Part shown: piece after piece, positions 41,576 through 53,387 of the stretch | Layout: every line of letters starts with the position of its first letter | How positions within the stretch are numbered: position 1 is the first letter of the stretch | Source: Escherichia coli | GTDB lineage: Bacteria; Pseudomonadota; Gammaproteobacteria; Enterobacterales; Enterobacteriaceae | NCBI RefSeq assembly: GCF_001677475.2 | Contig: NZ_CP015229.1 | DNA: 64,000 nt | Direction: 5' to 3' (one strand) | The notes under the pieces: generated by a model | Told to the model about the DNA's origin: nothing | What the model saw: only the letters and a program-made list of their open reading frames with translations | Databases searched by the model: none | Position numbers and translations under genes: made by a program

Positions 41576-42751
41576 ATGGATACGTCACTGGCTGAGGAAG
41601 TACAGCAGACCATGGCAACACTTGCGCCCAATCGCTTTTTCTTTATGTCGCCGTACCGCAGTTTTACGACGTCAGGATGTTTCGCCCGCTTCGATGAACC
41701 GGCTGTGAACGGGGATTCGCCCGACAGTCCCTTTCAGCAAAAACTCGCCGCGCTGTTTGCCGATGCCAAAGCGCAGGGCATCAAAAATCCGGTGATGGTC
41801 GGGGCGATTCCCTTCGATCCACGTCAGCCTTCGTCGCTGTATATTCCTGAATCCTGGCAGTCGTTCTCCCGTCAGGAAAAACAAGCTTCCGCACGCCGCT
41901 TCACCCGCAGCCAGTCGCTGAACGTGGTGGAACGCCAGGCAATTCCGGAACAAACCACGTTTGAACAGATGGTTGCTCGCGCTGCCGCACTTACCGCCAC
42001 GCCGCAGGTCGACAAAGTGGTGTTGTCACGGTTGATTGATATCACCACTGACGCCGCCATTGATAGTGGCGTATTGCTGGAACGGTTGATTGCGCAAAAC
42101 CCGGTTAGTTACAACTTCCATGTCCCGCTGGCTGATGGTGGCGTCCTGCTGGGGGCCAGCCCGGAACTGCTGCTACGTAAAGACGGCGAGCGTTTTAGCT
42201 CCATTCCGTTAGCCGGTTCCGCGCGTCGTCAGCCGGATGAAGTGCTCGATCGCGAAGCGGGTAATCGTCTGCTGGCGTCAGAAAAAGATCGCCATGAACA
42301 TGAACTGGTGACTCAGGCGATGAAAGAGGTACTGCGCGAACGCAGTAGTGAGTTACACGTTCCCTCCTCTCCACAATTGATTACCACGCCGACGCTGTGG
42401 CATCTCGCAACTCCCTTTGAAGGTAAAGCGAATTCGCAAGAAAACGCACTGACTCTGGCCTGTCTGCTGCATCCGACCCCCGCGCTGAGCGGTTTCCCGC
42501 ATCAGGCCGCGACCCAGGTTATTGCTGAACTGGAGCCGTTCGACCGCGAACTGTTTGGAGGCATCGTGGGTTGGTGTGACAGCGAAGGTAACGGCGAATG
42601 GGTGGTGACCATCCGCTGCGCGAAGCTGCGGGAAAATCAGGTGCGTCTGTTTGCCGGAGCGGGGATTGTGCCTGCGTCGTCACCGTTGGGTGAGTGGCGC
42701 GAAACAGGCGTCAAACTTTCTACCATGTTGAACGTTTTTGGATTGCATTAA
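41576..42751 (+). CDS. entC: Isochorismate synthase EntC
   Basis: ATG at 41576 ([30 protein letters not shown]); 391 aa. Confidence 0.95.
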
Positions 42752-42760
42752 GGAGCGAGG

Positions 42761-44371
42761 ATGAGCATTCCATTCACCCGCTGGCCGGAAGAGTTTGCCC
42801 GTCGCTATCGGGAAAAAGGCTACTGGCAGGATTTGCCGCTGACCGACATTCTGACTCGCCACGCTGCGAGTGACAGCATCGCGGTTATCGACGGCGAGCG
42901 GCAGTTGAGTTATCGGGAGCTGAATCAGGCGGCGGATAACCTCGCGTGTAGTTTACGCCGTCAGGGCATTAAACCTGGTGAAACCGCGCTGGTACAATTG
43001 GGTAACGTCGCTGAACTTTACATTACCTTTTTCGCACTACTGAAACTGGGCGTTGCGCCGGTGCTGGCGCTGTTCAGCCATCAGCGTAGTGAACTGAACG
43101 CCTATGCCAGCCAGATTGAACCGGTGTTACTGATTGCCGATCGCCAACATGCGCTGTTTAGCGGAGATGATTTCCTTAATACTTTCGTCACAGAACATTC
43201 CTCCATTCGCGTGGTGCAACTGCTCAACGACGGCGGTGAGCATAACTTGCAGGATGCGATTAACCATCCGGCTGAGGATTTTACTGCCACGCCATCACCT
43301 GCTGATGAAGTGGCTTATTTCCAGCTTTCCGGCGGCACCACCGGCACACCGAAACTGATCCCGCGCACTCATAACGACTACTACTACAGCGTGCGTCGTA
43401 GCATCGAGATTTGTCAGTTCACACAACAGACACGCTACCTGTGTGCGATCCCGGCGGCTCATAACTATGCCATGAGTTCGCCAGGATCGCTGGGCGTCTT
43501 TCTTGCCGGAGGAACGGTTGTTCTGGCGGCCGATCCCAGCGCCACGCTTTGCTTCCCATTGATTGAAAAACATCAGGTGAACGTCACCGCGCTGGTGCCG
43601 CCAGCAGTCAGCCTGTGGTTGCAGGCACTGGCTGAAGGCGAAAGCCGAGCGCAGCTTGCCTCGCTGAAACTGTTACAGGTCGGTGGTGCACGTCTTTCTG
43701 CCACGCTTGCGGCGCGTATTCCCGCAGAGATTGGCTGCCAGTTACAGCAGGTGTTTGGCATGGCGGAAGGGCTGGTGAACTACACCCGTCTTGATGATAG
43801 CGCGGAGAAAATTATCCATACCCAGGGTTACCCAATGTGCCCGGACGATGAAGTGTGGGTTGCCGATACTGAAGGAAATCCACTGCCGCAAGGGGAAGTC
43901 GGACGCCTGATGACGCGCGGTCCGTACACCTTCCGTGGCTATTACAAAAGCCCGCAGCACAATGCCAGCGCCTTTGATGCCAACGGTTTTTACTGTTCCG
44001 GCGATCTGATCTCTATTGATCCCGACGGTTATATCACCGTGCAGGGGCGCGAGAAAGATCAGATCAACCGTGGCGGCGAGAAGATCGCAGCCGAAGAGAT
44101 CGAAAACCTGCTGCTGCGCCATCCGGCGGTGATCTACGCCGCACTGGTGAGCATGGAAGATGAGCTGATGGGCGAAAAAAGCTGTGCTTATCTGGTGGTA
44201 AAAGAGCCTCTACGCGCGGTGCAGGTGCGTCGTTTCTTGCGTGAACAGGGTATTGCCGAATTTAAATTACCGGATCGCGTGGAGTGTGTGGATTCACTTC
44301 CGCTGACGGCGGTCGGGAAAGTCGATAAAAAACAATTACGTCAGTGGCTGGCGTCACGCGCATCAGCCTGA
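42761..44371 (+). CDS. entE: 2,3-dihydroxybenzoate-AMP ligase EntE
   Basis: 536-aa ORF; adenylation-domain protein. Confidence 0.95.
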   Translation: MSIPFTRWPEEFARRYREKGYWQDLPLTDILTRHAASDSIAVIDGERQLSYRELNQAADNLACSLRRQGIKPGETALVQLGNVAELYITFFALLKLGVAPVLALFSHQRSELNAYASQIEPVLLIADRQHALFSGDDFLNTFVTEHSSIRVVQLLNDGGEHNLQDAINHPAEDFTATPSPADEVAYFQLSGGTTGTPKLIPRTHNDYYYSVRRSIEICQFTQQTRYLCAIPAAHNYAMSSPGSLGVFLAGGTVVLAADPSATLCFPLIEKHQVNVTALVPPAVSLWLQALAEGESRAQLASLKLLQVGGARLSATLAARIPAEIGCQLQQVFGMAEGLVNYTRLDDSAEKIIHTQGYPMCPDDEVWVADTEGNPLPQGEVGRLMTRGPYTFRGYYKSPQHNASAFDANGFYCSGDLISIDPDGYITVQGREKDQINRGGEKIAAEEIENLLLRHPAVIYAALVSMEDELMGEKSCAYLVVKEPLRAVQVRRFLREQGIAEFKLPDRVECVDSLPLTAVGKVDKKQLRQWLASRASA

Positions 44372-44384
44372 AGGAGAGAACACG

Positions 44385-45241
44385 ATGGCTATTCCAAAAT
44401 TACAGGCTTACGCACTGCCGGAGTCTCACGATATTCCGCAGAATAAAGTCGACTGGGCCTTTGAACCGCAACGTGCCGCGTTGTTAATCCATGATATGCA
44501 GGACTATTTTGTCAGCTTCTGGGGCGAGAACTGCCCGATGATGGAGCAGGTGATCGCGAATATTGCGGCACTACGCGACTACTGCAAACAGCACAATATC
44601 CCGGTTTATTACACCGCCCAGCCGAAAGAGCAGAGCGATGAAGATCGGGCGCTGTTGAATGATATGTGGGGACCGGGCCTGACCCGTTCGCCGGAACAGC
44701 AAAAGGTGGTGGATCGCCTGACGCCAGATGCCGACGACACGGTGCTGGTGAAGTGGCGCTACAGCGCGTTTCATCGTTCTCCGCTGGAGCAAATGCTCAA
44801 AGAGAGTGGACGTAACCAGCTGATTATTACCGGGGTATATGCCCACATTGGCTGTATGACCACCGCAACCGACGCATTTATGCGCGATATTAAACCGTTT
44901 ATGGTGGCGGATGCGCTGGCCGATTTCAGCCGTGACGAGCATTTGATGTCGCTGAAATATGTGGCTGGACGTTCTGGCCGGGTGGTGATGACCGAAGAAT
45001 TACTGCCAGCACCTATCCCCGCCAGCAAAGCGGCGCTGCGTGAGGTTATCCTGCCGTTGCTGGACGAGTCCGATGAACCGTTCGATGATGACAACCTGAT
45101 CGACTACGGTTTGGATTCGGTGCGCATGATGGCGCTGGCGGCGCGCTGGCGCAAAGTACATGGCGATATCGACTTTGTCATGCTGGCGAAAACCCCAACC
45201 ATTGATGCCTGGTGGAAACTGCTCTCCCGCGAGGTGAAATA

Positions 45242-45242
<1 letters not shown>
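44385..45242 (+). CDS. entB: Isochorismatase / aryl carrier protein EntB
   Basis: 285-aa ORF; stop overlaps entA start (TAATG). Confidence 0.95.
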
Positions 45243-46404
<1,162 letters not shown>

Positions 46405-46584
46405 GCCCGACAGAATTAAATGAGATTGCAGGAAAACTCGGTTAACGGAGTGATCGAGTTAACATTGTTAAGTTAAATATTGGTTTCAACTCCGATTTAC
46501 ATGGTTGCTGTGTTGTTAAATTGTACAAAGATGTTATAGAAACAAAATGTAACATCTCTATGGACACGCACACGGATAACAACT

Positions 46585-48690
46585 ATGAACAAATCAGGGA
46601 AATACCTCGTCTGGACAGTGCTCTCTGTAATGGGAGCATTTGCTCTGGGATACATTGCTTTAAATCGTGGGGAACAGATCAACGCGCTGTGGATTGTGGT
46701 GGCGTCGGTCTGTATCTATCTGATCGCTTATCGTTTTTATGGTCTGTATATCGCCAAAAATGTGCTGGCGGTTGACCCGACGCGTATGACGCCAGCGGTG
46801 CGCCATAACGACGGGCTGGATTATGTGCCGACGGACAAGAAAGTGCTGTTCGGTCACCATTTTGCGGCCATTGCCGGAGCTGGTCCGTTGGTGGGGCCGG
46901 TGCTGGCAGCGCAAATGGGCTACCTGCCGGGGATGATCTGGCTGCTTGCTGGGGTGGTTCTCGCCGGTGCGGTACAGGATTTCATGGTGCTGTTTGTTTC
47001 CACGCGCCGTGACGGTCGCTCGCTGGGTGAGCTGGTCAAAGAAGAGATGGGGCCAACCGCCGGGGTGATTGCGCTGGTTGCCTGCTTTATGATCATGGTC
47101 ATCATCCTTGCCGTGCTGGCGATGATCGTGGTGAAAGCCCTGACCCATAGCCCGTGGGGAACGTATACCGTTGCGTTCACCATTCCGCTGGCGCTGTTCA
47201 TGGGGATCTACCTGCGCTATCTGCGTCCAGGGCGTATTGGCGAAGTGTCGGTCATTGGCCTGGTGTTCCTGATTTTCGCCATTATCTCTGGCGGCTGGGT
47301 GGCAGAAAGTCCGACCTGGGCACCGTACTTTGACTTTACCGGCGTGCAGCTGACCTGGATGCTGGTGGGTTACGGCTTCGTGGCGGCGGTGCTGCCGGTG
47401 TGGTTGCTGCTGGCCCCGCGTGACTACCTCTCAACCTTCCTGAAAATCGGGACTATTGTCGGTCTGGCGGTAGGCATTCTGATTATGCGCCCGACGCTGA
47501 CCATGCCTGCTCTGACCAAATTTGTTGATGGCACTGGCCCGGTATGGACCGGTAACCTGTTCCCGTTCCTGTTTATTACTATCGCCTGTGGCGCGGTGTC
47601 TGGCTTCCATGCGCTGATCTCTTCTGGCACCACGCCGAAGATGCTGGCGAACGAAGGGCAGGCGTGCTTTATCGGCTACGGTGGGATGTTAATGGAATCC
47701 TTCGTGGCGATTATGGCGCTGGTTTCCGCCTGTATCATCGATCCGGGCGTTTACTTCGCAATGAACAGCCCAATGGCGGTGCTGGCTCCGGCAGGGACGG
47801 CGGATGTGGTTGCTTCTGCCGCGCAGGTGGTGAGTAGCTGGGGCTTTGCGATTACCCCGGATACGCTAAACCAGATTGCCAGCGAAGTGGGTGAACAGTC
47901 GATCATTTCCCGTGCGGGCGGTGCGCCGACCCTGGCGGTGGGGATGGCCTACATTCTGCACGGTGCGCTGGGCGGCATGATGGATGTGGCGTTCTGGTAT
48001 CACTTCGCCATTCTGTTTGAAGCACTGTTTATTCTGACGGCGGTGGATGCAGGTACGCGTGCTGCGCGCTTTATGTTGCAGGATCTGCTGGGCGTGGTGT
48101 CTCCGGGCCTGAAACGGACAGATTCTCTGCCTGCTAACCTGCTGGCAACGGCGCTGTGTGTGCTGGCGTGGGGCTACTTCCTGCATCAGGGCGTGGTCGA
48201 TCCGCTGGGCGGTATTAACACCCTGTGGCCGCTGTTTGGTATTGCCAACCAGATGCTGGCAGGGATGGCGCTGATGCTCTGTGCCGTAGTGCTGTTCAAG
48301 ATGAAACGTCAACGTTACGCCTGGGTGGCGCTGGTGCCAACGGCCTGGCTGCTGATTTGTACCCTGACCGCAGGCTGGCAGAAAGCGTTCAGCCCGGATG
48401 CGAAAGTGGGCTTCCTGGCCATTGCTAATAAGTTCCAGGCAATGATCGACAGCGGTAATATTCCGTCGCAGTATACTGAGTCACAACTGGCGCAACTGGT
48501 GTTCAACAACCGTCTGGATGCCGGGTTGACCATCTTCTTTATGGTGGTTGTGGTGGTTCTGGCGCTGTTCTCGATTAAGACGGCACTGGCGGCATTGAAA
48601 GAGCCGAAGCCAACGGCGAAAGAAACGCCGTATGAGCCAATGCCGGAAAATGTCGAGGAGATCGTGGCGCAGGCGAAAGGCGCGCACTAA
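46585..48690 (+). CDS. cstA: Carbon starvation protein A (peptide/pyruvate transporter)
   Basis: 701-aa polytopic membrane ORF. Confidence 0.95.
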   Translation: MNKSGKYLVWTVLSVMGAFALGYIALNRGEQINALWIVVASVCIYLIAYRFYGLYIAKNVLAVDPTRMTPAVRHNDGLDYVPTDKKVLFGHHFAAIAGAGPLVGPVLAAQMGYLPGMIWLLAGVVLAGAVQDFMVLFVSTRRDGRSLGELVKEEMGPTAGVIALVACFMIMVIILAVLAMIVVKALTHSPWGTYTVAFTIPLALFMGIYLRYLRPGRIGEVSVIGLVFLIFAIISGGWVAESPTWAPYFDFTGVQLTWMLVGYGFVAAVLPVWLLLAPRDYLSTFLKIGTIVGLAVGILIMRPTLTMPALTKFVDGTGPVWTGNLFPFLFITIACGAVSGFHALISSGTTPKMLANEGQACFIGYGGMLMESFVAIMALVSACIIDPGVYFAMNSPMAVLAPAGTADVVASAAQVVSSWGFAITPDTLNQIASEVGEQSIISRAGGAPTLAVGMAYILHGALGGMMDVAFWYHFAILFEALFILTAVDAGTRAARFMLQDLLGVVSPGLKRTDSLPANLLATALCVLAWGYFLHQGVVDPLGGINTLWPLFGIANQMLAGMALMLCAVVLFKMKRQRYAWVALVPTAWLLICTLTAGWQKAFSPDAKVGFLAIANKFQAMIDSGNIPSQYTESQLAQLVFNNRLDAGLTIFFMVVVVVLALFSIKTALAALKEPKPTAKETPYEPMPENVEEIVAQAKGAH

Positions 48691-48748
48691 AGTCAGAGTG
48701 AGGGGGGAATGTTGGCGAATGTTGGCGAAAGTTGGCATGGTGCCGAGG

Positions 48749-48794
48749 GTTCCCCCTCACCCTAACCCTCTCCCCGGTGGGGTGAGGGGACTGA
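48749..48794. repeat. GC-rich palindromic intergenic repeat, copy 2
   Basis: gttccccctcaccctaaccctctccccggtggggtgaggggactga; near-identical to 40355..40399; preceded by three 10-mer direct repeats (gaatgttggc) at 48718..48747. Confidence 0.6.
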
Positions 48795-48853
48795 CCGAGC
48801 GCGTTGATAGCTATTAATGCACTCTCTCAGCAATCTGATTACCGGAGGTATTG

Positions 48854-49051
48854 ATGTTTGATTCACTGGCAAAAGCCGGAAAATATTTAGGTCAGGCGGC
48901 GAAGCTGATGATTGGTATGCCTGATTACGACAACTATGTCGAACATATGCGGGTTAACCATCCCGATCAAACGCCGATGACCTACGAAGAGTTTTTCCGT
49001 GAGCGGCAGGACGCGCGCTACGGTGGAAAAGGTGGCGCGCGCTGCTGCTAA
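48854..49051 (+). CDS. ybdD: Small protein YbdD (DUF466)
   Basis: 65 aa [33 protein letters not shown]...; downstream of cstA. Confidence 0.85.
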   Translation: MFDSLAKAGKYLGQAAKLMIGMPDYDNYVEHMRVNHPDQTPMTYEEFFRERQDARYGGKGGARCC

Positions 49052-49060
49052 ATTTGTACG

Positions 49061-50149
49061 TCAGGCTTTAAACGATTCCACTTTTTCGAACGCTGCACGC
49101 AACGTATCTGGTGTCAGCGTGACTGGCAGGTAATGAATGGACTCCACCGGACGTAAGGTGTGGGCAATCACTTTGTCGATCTCCGCCTGATTATTGATAT
49201 CCACTTCCAGCTCCGCCAGCGTAGTCGGCAGATGAAAACGTTGATACGCCCCGGTTAATTGCGCCAGCACATCATCCTGACCCAGCAAGGCGCTTTGCAC
49301 CAGAATGCCGTAGGCGACTTTGGTGCCGTGGAGAAACTTCTCGGTTTGCGGCAAAACGGTCAGACCGTTATGCACGGCATGGGCCGCCGCCACACGCGTA
49401 AAACGATCGCCCAGACCACCGACCATCCCACCACCAGCAATAATAGCATCCACCACATCGCAAAATGATTGCGTTAACTGTTGTTTTTGCTGATCGCTCA
49501 GCGCCTGTTCGCTACTGTTTAACAAGACGTCGCGAATGGCCTGCGCATTATTGATCCCCAGACGCACGGTTAGCGGCAAGGTTTCTGGTTGCGGAGCCAG
49601 CACCACCGCTTCATACCATTTCGCCAGCGTGTCACCGATCCCCGCCAGCAGATATTCTTGCGGCGCATTGAGGATAATCTCTGGCTCCACCAGCACCATA
49701 AAATTGGCGTCGTCGAAAATCTCATAATGCAGCGCCTGTCCGGCATCGTTATACCAGACGGAGAGCGGTGTCCAGGCGGCGCAGGTGGCGGCGATCGTCG
49801 GAACGGCAACAAACGGCAGACCGAGACGGCGGGCGAGGGCTTTCGCGGTGTCGAGCAGTGCGCCGCCGCCGACGCCAATCACCACGCTGCGATCGTCACC
49901 GGACTCAGCCGCCAGGTGCTGTACATCGCTTTCGCTGCAATGACCGCGAAACAAAATATGCTTTGCACCAGGCAGTTGAAACGCTGGTGGAAGTCTGATT
50001 TGCGCCGCAGCAATGGCGCGTTCGCCGTAGATCCACACCGCGCGAGAAAGCTGTTCATCAGTGAAAAAGTCGTGCAGGTGATTGAAACTTCCTGGATGTG
50101 AAAAGTAGTTAGCCGGGCCGACGACGACGCGGATAGGATTGTGAGGCAT
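49061..50149 (-). CDS. ybdH: Iron-containing (glycerol dehydrogenase-like) alcohol dehydrogenase family protein YbdH
   Basis: 362-aa ORF. Confidence 0.85.
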   Translation of the reverse strand: MPHNPIRVVVGPANYFSHPGSFNHLHDFFTDEQLSRAVWIYGERAIAAAQIRLPPAFQLPGAKHILFRGHCSESDVQHLAAESGDDRSVVIGVGGGALLDTAKALARRLGLPFVAVPTIAATCAAWTPLSVWYNDAGQALHYEIFDDANFMVLVEPEIILNAPQEYLLAGIGDTLAKWYEAVVLAPQPETLPLTVRLGINNAQAIRDVLLNSSEQALSDQQKQQLTQSFCDVVDAIIAGGGMVGGLGDRFTRVAAAHAVHNGLTVLPQTEKFLHGTKVAYGILVQSALLGQDDVLAQLTGAYQRFHLPTTLAELEVDINNQAEIDKVIAHTLRPVESIHYLPVTLTPDTLRAAFEKVESFKA

Positions 50150-50257
50150 GTTGTGTTGTCCTTATTGTTTTATTTAGACATCTAAACGTCTTGATTGCCA
50201 AATACTAGCATCGTGTTATAGTGCCTTCAACACGCAACTTCGTCAGGCACAATAAAA

Positions 50258-51418
50258 ATGACAAATAACCCTCTGATTCCACAAAGCAAACTTCCACAAC
50301 TTGGCACTACCATTTTCACCCAGATGAGCGCGCTGGCGCAGCAACACCAGGCGATTAACCTGTCGCAAGGCTTTCCTGATTTTGATGGTCCGCGCTATTT
50401 ACAGGAGCGGCTGGCGTACCACGTTGCCCAGGGGGCAAACCAATACGCGCCCATGACCGGCGTGCAGGCCTTGCGCGAGGCGATTGCTCAGAAAACGGAA
50501 CGTTTGTATGGCTATCAACCAGATGCCGATAGCGATATCACCGTAACGGCAGGGGCGACGGAAGCGTTATATGCAGCGATTACCGCATTGGTGCGCAATG
50601 GTGATGAAGTGATCTGCTTTGATCCCAGCTATGACAGTTACGCGCCCGCCATCGCGCTTTCGGGGGGAATAGTGAAACGTATTGCACTGCAACCACCGCA
50701 TTTTCGCGTGGACTGGCAGGAATTTGCCGCATTGTTAAGCGAGCGCACCCGACTGGTGATCCTCAACACCCCGCATAACCCCAGTGCAACTGTCTGGCAG
50801 CAGGCTGATTTCGCCGCTTTGTGGCAGGCAATTGCCGGGCACGAGATTTTTGTCATTAGCGATGAAGTTTACGAGCACATCAACTTTTCACAACAGGGCC
50901 ATGCCAGCGTGCTGTCGCATCCGCAGCTGCGTGAGCGGGCGGTGGCAGTTTCTTCATTTGGCAAGACTTATCATATGACCGGCTGGAAAGTGGGTTATTG
51001 CGTTGCGCCAGCGCCCATCAGTGCCGAAATTCGCAAGGTACATCAGTATCTGACCTTTTCGGTAAATACCCCGGCGCAACTGGCGCTTGCCGATATGCTA
51101 CGTGCAGAACCTGAGCATTATCTTGCGTTACCGGACTTTTATCGCCAGAAACGCGATATTCTGGTGAATGCCTTAAGTGAGAGTCGGCTGGAGATTTTAC
51201 CGTGCGAAGGTACATACTTTTTGCTGGTGGATTACAGCGCCGTGTCTACGCTGGATGACGTTGAGTTTTGCCAGTGGCTGACGCGGGAGCACGGTGTAGC
51301 GGCGATTCCGCTGTCGGTGTTTTGCGCCGATCCCTTCCCCCATAAACTGATTCGTCTCTGTTTTGCCAAGAAGGAATCGACGTTGCTGGCAGCAGCTGAA
51401 CGCCTGCGCCAGCTGTAG
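50258..51418 (+). CDS. ybdL: PLP-dependent methionine aminotransferase YbdL
   Basis: 386-aa ORF; class I aminotransferase. Confidence 0.9.
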   Translation: MTNNPLIPQSKLPQLGTTIFTQMSALAQQHQAINLSQGFPDFDGPRYLQERLAYHVAQGANQYAPMTGVQALREAIAQKTERLYGYQPDADSDITVTAGATEALYAAITALVRNGDEVICFDPSYDSYAPAIALSGGIVKRIALQPPHFRVDWQEFAALLSERTRLVILNTPHNPSATVWQQADFAALWQAIAGHEIFVISDEVYEHINFSQQGHASVLSHPQLRERAVAVSSFGKTYHMTGWKVGYCVAPAPISAEIRKVHQYLTFSVNTPAQLALADMLRAEPEHYLALPDFYRQKRDILVNALSESRLEILPCEGTYFLLVDYSAVSTLDDVEFCQWLTREHGVAAIPLSVFCADPFPHKLIRLCFAKKESTLLAAAERLRQL

Positions 51419-52048
51419 TTATTTAACCGTCCAGGCGCGGGAAAATTGACGGTCGGCAAACAGTTCTTGCAGGCCGTTAATTTGCTTCAGGCGCAGCACT
51501 TCGTCGCTGTCCATTCCCAGCTCTTTGCCGATTTTATGATCGTCCCATCCCAACTGGCTGAGTTCACGAACAATTTCGGACATGGCAGTGATTTGGTGGC
51601 GACCACGAGCGCGGTTATGACGAATAGTCGCGGCGATGCGTTGATTACGCGTACCTTCCAGACAGGTCACCGGCAAATAACCTTTTAAGCGTAATTTTAA
51701 CGATGATGAGCCTTTACCAATTTCATGGCGGTGAAAACCATCCACGATTTCCAGGGCATTTTTATCCGTATGCGTGACCACAATGGGTTGGGTAAAACCA
51801 TCTATTTCAATGGATTTTTTCAGCAGTTTTTTTTCGGGTGGTGCCACGTTGTTTGGGTTGTAATCATTAGGCATAAGTTGGCTGTTTTTAACCCACAGAA
51901 CGCAATCCACTGGCTCTTCTCGAAAGGGGCTAACCTGATGGATCGCCATGCGGATTTCATTAATCGCTTTGATGCGATCGTCTTCCGGCAAGCTGGCGAG
52001 AAATTGGGTTAAATCCTGCGTTAATCGTTGTTGCATAGTATCCCCCAT
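51419..52048 (-). CDS. ybdM: ParB/sulfiredoxin-like domain protein YbdM (IbrB-like)
   Basis: 209-aa ORF with DGFHRH motif (IVDGFHRHEIG); overlaps ybdN by 28 nt. Confidence 0.85.
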   Translation of the reverse strand: MGDTMQQRLTQDLTQFLASLPEDDRIKAINEIRMAIHQVSPFREEPVDCVLWVKNSQLMPNDYNPNNVAPPEKKLLKKSIEIDGFTQPIVVTHTDKNALEIVDGFHRHEIGKGSSSLKLRLKGYLPVTCLEGTRNQRIAATIRHNRARGRHQITAMSEIVRELSQLGWDDHKIGKELGMDSDEVLRLKQINGLQELFADRQFSRAWTVK

Positions 52049-53241
52049 TCCTGACGTTTTCCTTTTATTCGTTCGTTATAACGCTGATAGTTCTTCGCTT
52101 TGGTCGGGCTAAATGATAATGCCCGACACCAGTAATCGTTATTGAGTAAAACTTTGCATATTCGCCGCCAGGAGGGGATATCTTTCGCGCCAATGTCCCC
52201 TTGCTGGGTTTGTGGAACCTCGATGCCTTTTTTCTGATACCAGTGCAAATAAATGGCGATTTTATTGCGATAATGCTCAGCTGTTTTCTCCGGCATGCTG
52301 TTGAGTAGCAATAATGCATACTCCTGCCAGTCTAAATGTTCGGGCTTGAGGATTTTCCGATGACCATAAAAATGGTTGTCATGTCCGGCGTAAATGCCGC
52401 CACTTTTTACCCCGCTGACTCGTGCGCACATAGCAGCCCAGCGATCCGGTTCGATAACGTGATAGAGCCATAATCCTTGCCGTTGTTCCGGACCAAAAGG
52501 TTCGCAAATTCGCATATGACGCAGAGGAACGCCTGCCTGATACATTAGGTTATACAGTGGGTTGCAGAGACTTTGATGATTTGCATACCAGGTCCAGATA
52601 TCAGCCACTTTCCAGTCGTAGATGGGGTAAATGTACCAACTATGACCGCCTGGTGCGGCAGTAGTCCAGGGCTTATCATCGGCAAAACGTTGTTTATTTA
52701 AACTGGCGATGGCGACAAAACGGTTGTAGGACTCATCCGCACGGATGCCGATCATCATCGCCGCCGGACGTTTTTGCGAAAACCATTCGGCAAACTCACG
52801 CACAAATTGTTCGAAGGTCATGCCAGGCTGGTAAAAGGAGAAAAAGTCAGGATCGGTTATCGCATCTTGCGGGGGCTGACGTACCCATTCGACATCAGGT
52901 TCCCAGCACTGCCATTCGGGTTGGTATTGTGATAGGGAATTTTGCGTTGTAAGCGGGAGCGCAACCCAGTAAAACTCTTCGATGACATCGGTGTACAACT
53001 CGCGCAGAGACTGAACATAGTTAATGGTGCAAGAGAACTGAGCTTCCCAGTCGATAAATAAAACACAAATTTTTTTGCCCATTTGTCGGGCAAGTTCGGC
53101 GGTCAGATGCAGCATTAATCCGGAATCTTTACCACCCGAAAAAGAAACGCAGACGCGGGGTAGGGTGTTAAGTGTCCAGGTAATACGTTCTTTTGCAGCT
53201 TCCAGAATATTCAGTGGAAGCGGGATTTTATAAATAGACAT
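52021..53241 (-). CDS. ybdN: PAPS reductase-like PP-loop ATPase family protein YbdN (IbrA-like)
   Basis: 406-aa ORF with PP-loop motif SFSGGKDSG near N-terminus. Confidence 0.85.
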   Translation of the reverse strand: MSIYKIPLPLNILEAAKERITWTLNTLPRVCVSFSGGKDSGLMLHLTAELARQMGKKICVLFIDWEAQFSCTINYVQSLRELYTDVIEEFYWVALPLTTQNSLSQYQPEWQCWEPDVEWVRQPPQDAITDPDFFSFYQPGMTFEQFVREFAEWFSQKRPAAMMIGIRADESYNRFVAIASLNKQRFADDKPWTTAAPGGHSWYIYPIYDWKVADIWTWYANHQSLCNPLYNLMYQAGVPLRHMRICEPFGPEQRQGLWLYHVIEPDRWAAMCARVSGVKSGGIYAGHDNHFYGHRKILKPEHLDWQEYALLLLNSMPEKTAEHYRNKIAIYLHWYQKKGIEVPQTQQGDIGAKDIPSWRRICKVLLNNDYWCRALSFSPTKAKNYQRYNERIKGKRQEWGILCNND

Positions 53242-53387
53242 CTGAAAACGCTCTCTGAACGTTACGGGGTGATCAGTGAGATAAGACTGTTAATTATAAA
53301 GTAAACACTGTAAAGCAGAGTGTTTTATTTTTCATTCGCGCCGTGAATAAATAGATGAAAGTTATAGTAGCTGTCTGAAGTTATATA

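Noticed and set aside
46405-46584. CRP binding site upstream of cstA
   Set aside because: cstA is expected to be cAMP-CRP regulated, but I could not identify a convincing TGTGA-N6-TCACA match by eye; left uncalled
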